DNA of 57,139 bases, filler included, from Sphacelaria rigidula (Eukaryota), in assembly GCA_964200075.2 (NCBI GenBank). It is 8 parts of 8 records of this genome, joined end to end, with 100 filler letters (N's around TTAATTAATTAA, not from the genome) between each part and the next. Parts side by side here need not be neighbours in the genome. Positions count along the whole stretch, not along the records: positions 50,086 to 57,139 come from CAXNAA020016734.1; 7 more parts are not named here. The stretch is one strand, 5' to 3'. A program made the position numbers and the translations under genes. The notes beneath the pieces were generated by a model. The model did no database searches, was not told the DNA's origin, and saw nothing but the letters and a program-made list of their open reading frames with translations. Shown piece after piece: positions 50,541-57,139 of this stretch (position 1 is the stretch's first letter; each line of letters begins with the position of its first letter).

Positions 50541-52425
50541 TTAGGCCGGCATTACAGCTAGCAGCAATCATGGTACACCTCTACAGACCGCACGGCACGG
50601 GTGCTGCAAATAACACGAGCGGATCGGGGTGCAACGTGTGTTGCAGCCCGACACCGACGGTGTTGACGTGCGTGGTTGCCCTGTGGATCAATCAACGTGC
50701 CCTGAGGATGTCCATGTCCAGTACAGTGTACAGCATTGCAACCAAAGATACACGCTACGTAATCCTTTGGTGTATACTGACACTCGCAGACAGTATTCAA
50801 CGGTCCAGTATGTGCAGCTCCACATTTATCGTACTTCAGATACAGTGCAAAAATTTAACGTACTGTACATCAATTATAGTACAGTATATACAGAAGTGTG
50901 CAGCGGTGGATGGCAGTGTTTATATAGGGATTTATGAAGAAATTGTTGCTAATGTCAAACTTCACGCGGTCCAACTTCTCCACCAGGGGTGCCTGCGAAT
51001 CATCGTGGCGCGAAGAGTACGCCCTGAGCCATTTCGCGCAGTTCTTTTCCCCACCGAGTCTTTACATGATGGGCAACAACGTCTCTGTGCTGCAGACCCG
51101 GTTCGACCTACGTGGGCGCCACACATCTCCATATCATTGTCTTCACATGCTACGGGTGCAAAACAACAGTATTCTTGCATCCAACACGGTAAGTTGTCAC
51201 TCAAACGTCACTTTTTCAGCCATAAACCAGCGCCGACTTTCCTGCCTTCTTCAAATCTTCGCAGTGATGTCGCATGTCGGACCTGCACTCCTTGGTGTGG
51301 AGCTCCTCGGTCCTGTACAGCGCACCTACTTTGTGCCTGCTTCCACCTGAAGTCTTATACAATGACTCTTGTATGCGGGCTTCTACCTACTTGTGATTTT
51401 TTTCTTTCGGCGTAACACTGTACTTCCTTTGTTCGGAAAAGGAGACTCTCCCGAAAATATCGGGAATATAAGCACGCTTCAGGAAGTATGCGAATAACGC
51501 GGTTCTTGATCAAGCCACCACCGGTATGTGTTTCGCACATCATTTGTACTATATGAAAAAAAAAGAAGCAAGGGATGACGTGATATTGCCCCCGAAAAAA
51601 AAAAAACTACACTCAAGATAACACCCCCCAGAATGAGCTGGTTGCCGGCGTTGCTCGTGTACTGTTGCTTGGTCGGACCATACAAAAAGTGGTTCTACGA
51701 GCTCCGCTGAATCGGTACGAATTCTGCCGAATAAGGTGATTGAAAAAAAATTAGGGGGAAGGCCTCGAACCGGTGGTTTTCCCTCACTTCGGCCAGGGAC
51801 TCTGGGGTCACCGAGGGTATAGGTGGTGTTGTACTATGGACTGACCAAAGACCTCAGTTTTGGGGTGTTCTTCGGGTCGCCACGAAAACACAAAACAAAA
51901 AAAAACACCAGAAATTCCCCTTTGGGCCAAAGTTAGGCCTCTTTTTCTCTGAGAGAGCCTACATTTCCGAACAGATGAAGTATATCGTAGGAGTTTCATG
52001 GGTACGGATCGTTACGAAACAATGAAACTCAAATCAGCTAGTTGTTTTGTGATTTTCCATAATTCTTCTCGGGTTTCCGCTGTGCACACGTGCGTTACTC
52101 AAACCCTATCTGCTGCAGAGAGGTCAACAAGAGTGCACTGTGTAATTATTCGCTTCCCGGGTCTGGTCTGAGCTTTATTTTTCTCCGATAGCTTGTTACA
52201 ACCCAGGAGAGTAGCAGGGGAAGTGCTGAAGAAGACATGTGCAGTCAGCATCGATAATATTTTCGATGAGCACCGAGTCATGAATAAGCGAGCGAAGCGT
52301 ACTCTACACCTTCGGAAGAAAGCGGCGTTTTAGCACGGGATCGCATATACGCAGGAGAAGCACATTATGAAGTTGGCTGTCTGATGTTTTGTGTGTAGAG
52401 TGCTTGGTTATCTCTAGTGCTGTAC

Positions 52426-52565
52426 CTCAACAACATTCTACGTGATACTGACTCTATCTGTATCGCACGAAGATTCGCCAGTTCTAGCCAGGCAGGTGGC
52501 ACCGTTTTTTTCATGTCTGTACTGCACCGATCAACGCGAGCCATCCGGAACACCAGCATGACAGC
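52426..52565 (-). CDS. Candidate exon of an unidentified host gene (further candidates ~51281-51347 and ~50995-51110)
   Basis: Strong acceptor gctgactaacttttgtag| and donor gag|gtacag. Open frame AVMLVFRMARVDR...RRMLL. No recognisable domain. Confidence 0.35.
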
Positions 52566-53160
52566 CTACAAAAGTTAGTCAGCAGCGTTGATGCGGGTAC
52601 AGTCTTTTCTATTCCGTGGCCCGTGGCGAAAGATAGATAGTTTTATCTTTTCTATTATTGGAGAGTGCCTTGACTGAGTCGACCCTATGATAGAGGGGTC
52701 AGATGTAGAGTAAGCTCAGGCGGCAGCGCTGAAGCCGGCCTGGGCGCGGTACTCACTCGACAACCAGTACCCGTGCGTCAGCATGTAATCTATCCGCACA
52801 AGTGCATGTTCACTCAGTGTACCTGTTCACATTAACACCTCCTCTGAATCGGTACATCAGTCTTCGTGGCTTTCTCTCAAAAACAAAAGTTGTAAGGGGA
52901 AACCCGACCATCCGAGCAAACCACCCCTTCCCTCAACAGCTTGTGCTCCATCTAGATAATCCATGGACGCCGGTCAAAGCAGATACACGTCACGTCAGGA
53001 AACGCCCTACAAAACCCATGCCCCTCAAAGTAGCGTGGGTGGCTTAGCCGAAATGCGCATAAATACATCACTCAAGCACCTGAAAATACCCGGCGCTAGC
53101 ACAATGGTTCACACCAAAACAACGTACCTACTTGTCACCATCCAAGTTCATAAAAAAACG

Positions 53161-54600
53161 TCAGTGCCTCGTAAACAGGTTGATCGAGAGAAACTTCGTC
53201 AAAATATCAGCATGCTGCCATCCTGAGCCTACATGCACAACCCTAACCTTTCCCGTCCCCACCAGCTCTCGCATGAAGTGATATCTCACGTCTATGTGTT
53301 TACTCCTTTCGGAATTGAGAGGATTCTCGGCCAGAGCTTTTGCTCCCTCGTTGTCCTCGTACAAAAGAATACCTTGATCCTCCCCGCTTCCCGACACAGT
53401 CTGCGGTCACAGGGACGTCAACACTGCCTTTACAAACAGTCCCTCCTTTGCCCCCTCAGCCATTGCAACATACTTTGCCTCCGTAGTTGACAGAGTGACA
53501 CAGTGTTGCGTGCGGCTCGTTGCCGACACTACCACACCGCTGTACATTACGGGTACCCCTGATACCAAACGCCTATCCGTTTCCTTCTGAGCGTAATCTG
53601 CATCGCAGTAGACTGAGGGCCTATCATGACCTTTCTTGAACGTAAGTCCAAACTCCCTTGTCTCATTGAGATACTTGAGCACTTTCATCAAAGCTTCCCA
53701 GTGCCTCTCGCATGGGTCATGCGACTGGCGAGCAAGCGCTCGTACCGAATTCGCGATGTCGGGTCTGGTGACTGTTGCCAGCCACATCAACCCCCCCACT
53801 ACCTTACGGTGTGGGCAATTCACCTTCTTGTCTTCGCCCGATGTCGGCCCCAACTTTACAGAAACAGAGGCAGGGATTTCCGAGTACCCCCTCACCTCAA
53901 AACGCTTCAGGAGCGTATCCGTGAACGTGGTTTGCGTCACAGACAGCGTGCCTCTACGCCAGTCTCTATCCACTGCGCACCCCATGTATCAGGTGACCTC
54001 TCCGAGATTGCTCGTGGGGAACGTTTTGTTCAGGATTTTTCCTGCCTTTCCTACGTATTCCTCAGAACCACTGATGAGGATGTCGTCCACATGGACAACT
54101 AAAGCCACACGCACGTCTCCTGCATCCTCCATCTTGAAAACACATGGATCAGCCTCACACTGCACCATCCCGACATCCGCCAGCAACCTTTGGCACAGAA
54201 GACGAGATCACTGTCTGCCCGCTTGCTTGATCGCGAAAATAGATTTTTCCAGCTTCGCGGTCACGTCTGTCAAAACGGAGCAACCTTCAGGCAACCTCAT
54301 GTACACGTCGGTATCCATTTCCGCTTGAACAAAAGCCTGTGTCACGTCAAAATGATACAGCGACCACTCTCGCTGAACTACAACTGCCATGACCAGTTTG
54401 ATGGAGGTCATGGAGGGCGTTACCGCGAAAGTCTCGTAATAGTCGACTGCAAAACGTTGTCCAAATCCTCACGCTACCAACCGTGCCTTTGCCTTCGTTA
54501 CAGTACCATCTGCGTGAGTCTTCCAACCAAAAACTCACTTCGCTGACATTACGTTTACTCCTTCCGGTACAGGGCCAGTCGAAAATGTTCCAGCCTTTCC
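53161..54600 (-). pseudogene. Copia RT-RNase H with in-frame stops
   Basis: ORFs 54208-54411, 53989-54186, 53407-53985 and 53161-53397 lie in one frame. Confidence 0.93.
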
Positions 54601-54609
54601 ATGACTGCC

Positions 54610-56109
54610 TAGTTCGACCTTCGATGGTGGTGTCGAGAGAGGCGAAAGCCTCCCCATCCGCCACCGAATAGACGGAGGGGCTGTCGCTGTCGTCGGCCGT
54701 GCCCATCACCATCACCACGTCTTCTTTCCTCGCTGTCGATCTCGGACAGTCCCAGAACGTGTGCCCCTGCTGACCGCACCTCCCGCTGTATCTCTTCGAG
54801 CAGTTCCTGGCTCGATGCGTCTGGTTCTCGTCGCAAACGTGGTAGCGGAGCAGCTGCCCAGTCGCCGGTTTGCCGTCCGACATTGCCGACCCAGAGCTAC
54901 TTGAACTCTGGTTCCCGCCGTTTTTCTGACCAGAGCCCTGGGATTTTCCCGGTTTCCCCTTGCGGTGCGCACTGCTCGGTTTTCTGGTCCCACCCCCGGC
55001 AAGGAGAGCCTGGTCGCCCGGGGATGAATTTTTTCCCAGGGCAAGTGCCTGCTTCAAAGGTGTTGATTAGAAGCGCTTTCGGATCGAAGTCAACACAATC
55101 TCCCGTGTCAGCGGTCCCTCTCGATCCTCCAGCAGTTGCTTCTGGATGTGATACTCGAAGGGCAACGCGTTGACGAATTTCAAGAAGATATGGTTTTCGC
55201 TTAGTCGTTTATGCTCCTCGGATGAGTTCAGGGTACATGCAATTTCGTCCATCTCGAGCAGCTTCTGCTCTGGATCATCACGGACACCAATCTTGACCTC
55301 ATCGAACTTTCCAAAAAAGCGGTTCTTGCTCCATTTGTTTTGGGTCGAAAGACATCATCGAGGTTTCTCCGAACCGCAGCAGGTGAGTGAATCCCGAGCA
55401 ATGTCTTGCTCTCTCCTTCCTTCTAAACTAGCAGCAAGCATACATCTCGCCCTCACGTTGGCTGCCACTGTGTCTTTTCCGTCTCTACTTTCCAGATACC
55501 CCATTTCTAATTAGGATTACCGACATCTGCGTCGTGCAACCTGTCGCCGGCCATGGTAAACACCCAGCCAATTCCTTCGCCCCTCGCGAAGTTGACCAGT
55601 TCATGCCTGTACCAAGCGTAATCAGCGCTCTTCTCTGAACCTTTTGGGACGTTTTGTCGAAACACGGGAACCCCTGACACATTTCCACTTGTATTGTTTA
55701 CTTGGATTGACTCACGTGCGGGGACAAAGTTCCTAGCTTCGTCACTGGTAGCCTCGTTGCCCATTGCGTCGCGCGCTCCGTCCTCTGGAACAGCTTGACT
55801 CCCGATGTATCGTTGGTCTCTTCGAACCCCAGCACCACGTCGCTCCACTGTTCTGTTGATGTTGAATTCCCCCTGTTGACTACAGGAACCTTTGCTATCG
55901 AGGACGCCAGTGTTTTCTGAGCCCCCGGCCTCTCTTTCTGCCCTCATATTGTCCATGTTACTCTGTAATGTAGCTTGGCCGAACTGCATGTCACGCATGA
56001 GCTGAGCCAAGGAACTGATCGGACTACTTACTTCCTGCAACTGCTCAGTAACACTCTGCTCACCAGGCCTACCACCCTGTTCTACCTTTCTGCCCAACCG
56101 GTGTAACAC
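54610..56109 (-). pseudogene. Copia gag with zinc knuckle(s), disrupted
   Basis: ORFs 55507-56109, 55067-55252, 54347-55057. FVNALPFEY and CCHC motif. Confidence 0.85.
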
Positions 56110-57139
56110 TAGTGTATTCCGTGGCCCGTGGCGAAAGATAGATAGTTTTATCTTTTCTATTATTGGAGAGTGCCTTGACTGAGTCGACCCTACGATAGAG
56201 GGATCAGATGTAGAGTAAGCTCAGGCGGCAGCGCTGAAGCCGGCCTGGGCGCGGTACTGTCACACACACTCGACAACCAGTACCCGTGCGTCAGCACGTA
56301 ATCTATCCGCACAAGTGCATGTTCACGCAGTGTACCTGTTCACATGAACATTTTCTCGGGTTTTGTGTTCCGTCCGAGCAGCATGAGACAACACAAAACG
56401 ACGACGATGGAGCTATCTTGAGTCATACGTCGGCCGAGTCCAAGGCCGTCCAGGATTCAGCAGCAAGCTAAAGGCCAGTGGAGCTGTAATACCAACCCCG
56501 GCCACCACAACCATAACGCGGGCACGGTGACAATCAAGCAAACGTTGCGTACACGAACCCGTATATCAACCGACAGAGCGCCGCTTATGAGACCACCGTT
56601 ATCTTGGATATCATCCATCCAAGATCCATCCCACCTCCGCACGGTACTGCGATGTACTGCGGCTGCGGGCACCAGAGGGCCAGAAAATCCATCTGTGACT
56701 ACGGGTACGGAATGAGCAATGAAACGTAAAGGGACTGGTCAAAATAAGGATACTATCCCTAGGTGTGGGAGTGGTAGTCTCGGGGGCCACGGACTTGGCC
56801 ATGGGATGTGCCTACACAGTTCGTTCTCCTGTGGAGGAAGACCCCAGAGTCGAGAGAAGAAGTACACTCCAGGGGGTGTGGGACGAGACACCGACTGGAG
56901 TTGGAGTATGACTAATACTCCGGGGACAGGATAGACAATGACCCGAGGGGACAGACTGGTGTTCCAGAGGGAACGTTCCCGGAACTATGCCATATGCCGG
57001 AGACATGAACATTGATGAAAACGAGTGGAGGGATCCATAAAACAGCGGATCCTAGAAAATGAGGTTCATACAGAAATGAGGTTTGTGACGAAATATCGCC
57101 TACATGATGTGCTATGTAGTGATCAGCAGGATGATGACC

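Larger units (their letters stand above)
52610..56350 (-). mobile_element. Ty1/copia LTR retrotransposon, defective (no protease or integrase)
   Basis: LTRs 56115-56350 (5') and 52610-52837 (3'), 5-bp TSD TTTTC, PPT agaggagg. Gag with CGQQGHTFWDC, RT (KARLVA, FDVTQAF, VVHVDDIL), RNase H (YCDADYA, YEDNEGA, RSKHIDVRYHF). Confidence 0.96.

Noticed and set aside
50441..51415. 324-aa plus-strand ORF
   Set aside because: Starts inside a MITE arm, has non-protein-like composition, and splice signals favour the minus strand

Overview
This is not a contiguous locus. It is eight unrelated contigs of ~7,055 bp (1-7056, 7157-14211, 14312-21366, 21467-28521, 28622-35676, 35777-42831, 42932-49985, 50086-57139) joined by an artificial 100-bp N44-TTAATTAATTAA-N44 linker. 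The DNA is eukaryotic, intron-rich and repeat-rich, most likely a brown alga (inference from intron style, TTAGGG repeats and LINE protein signatures). Host genes: three exons of a MidA/NDUFAF7-like SAM methyltransferase, the first exon of an ankyrin protein, the first exon of a signal-anchored protein, and four 3' exons of an ARM-like protein with a C-terminal Cys4 zinc ribbon. Mobile DNA: a Ty3/gypsy chromodomain element with both LTRs but RT/RNase H deleted, a Ty1/copia element with both LTRs but protease/integrase deleted, a decayed gag-protease element, LINE fragments, a tRNA-derived SINE family and about ten fold-back MITEs. I see no CRISPR array or prokaryotic-type novel system. The most unusual signals are head-to-head tRNA-like palindromes, a 98-bp piggyBac-type MITE inside a SINE, non-canonical copia LTR ends, and a telomeric repeat at the gypsy protease active site.
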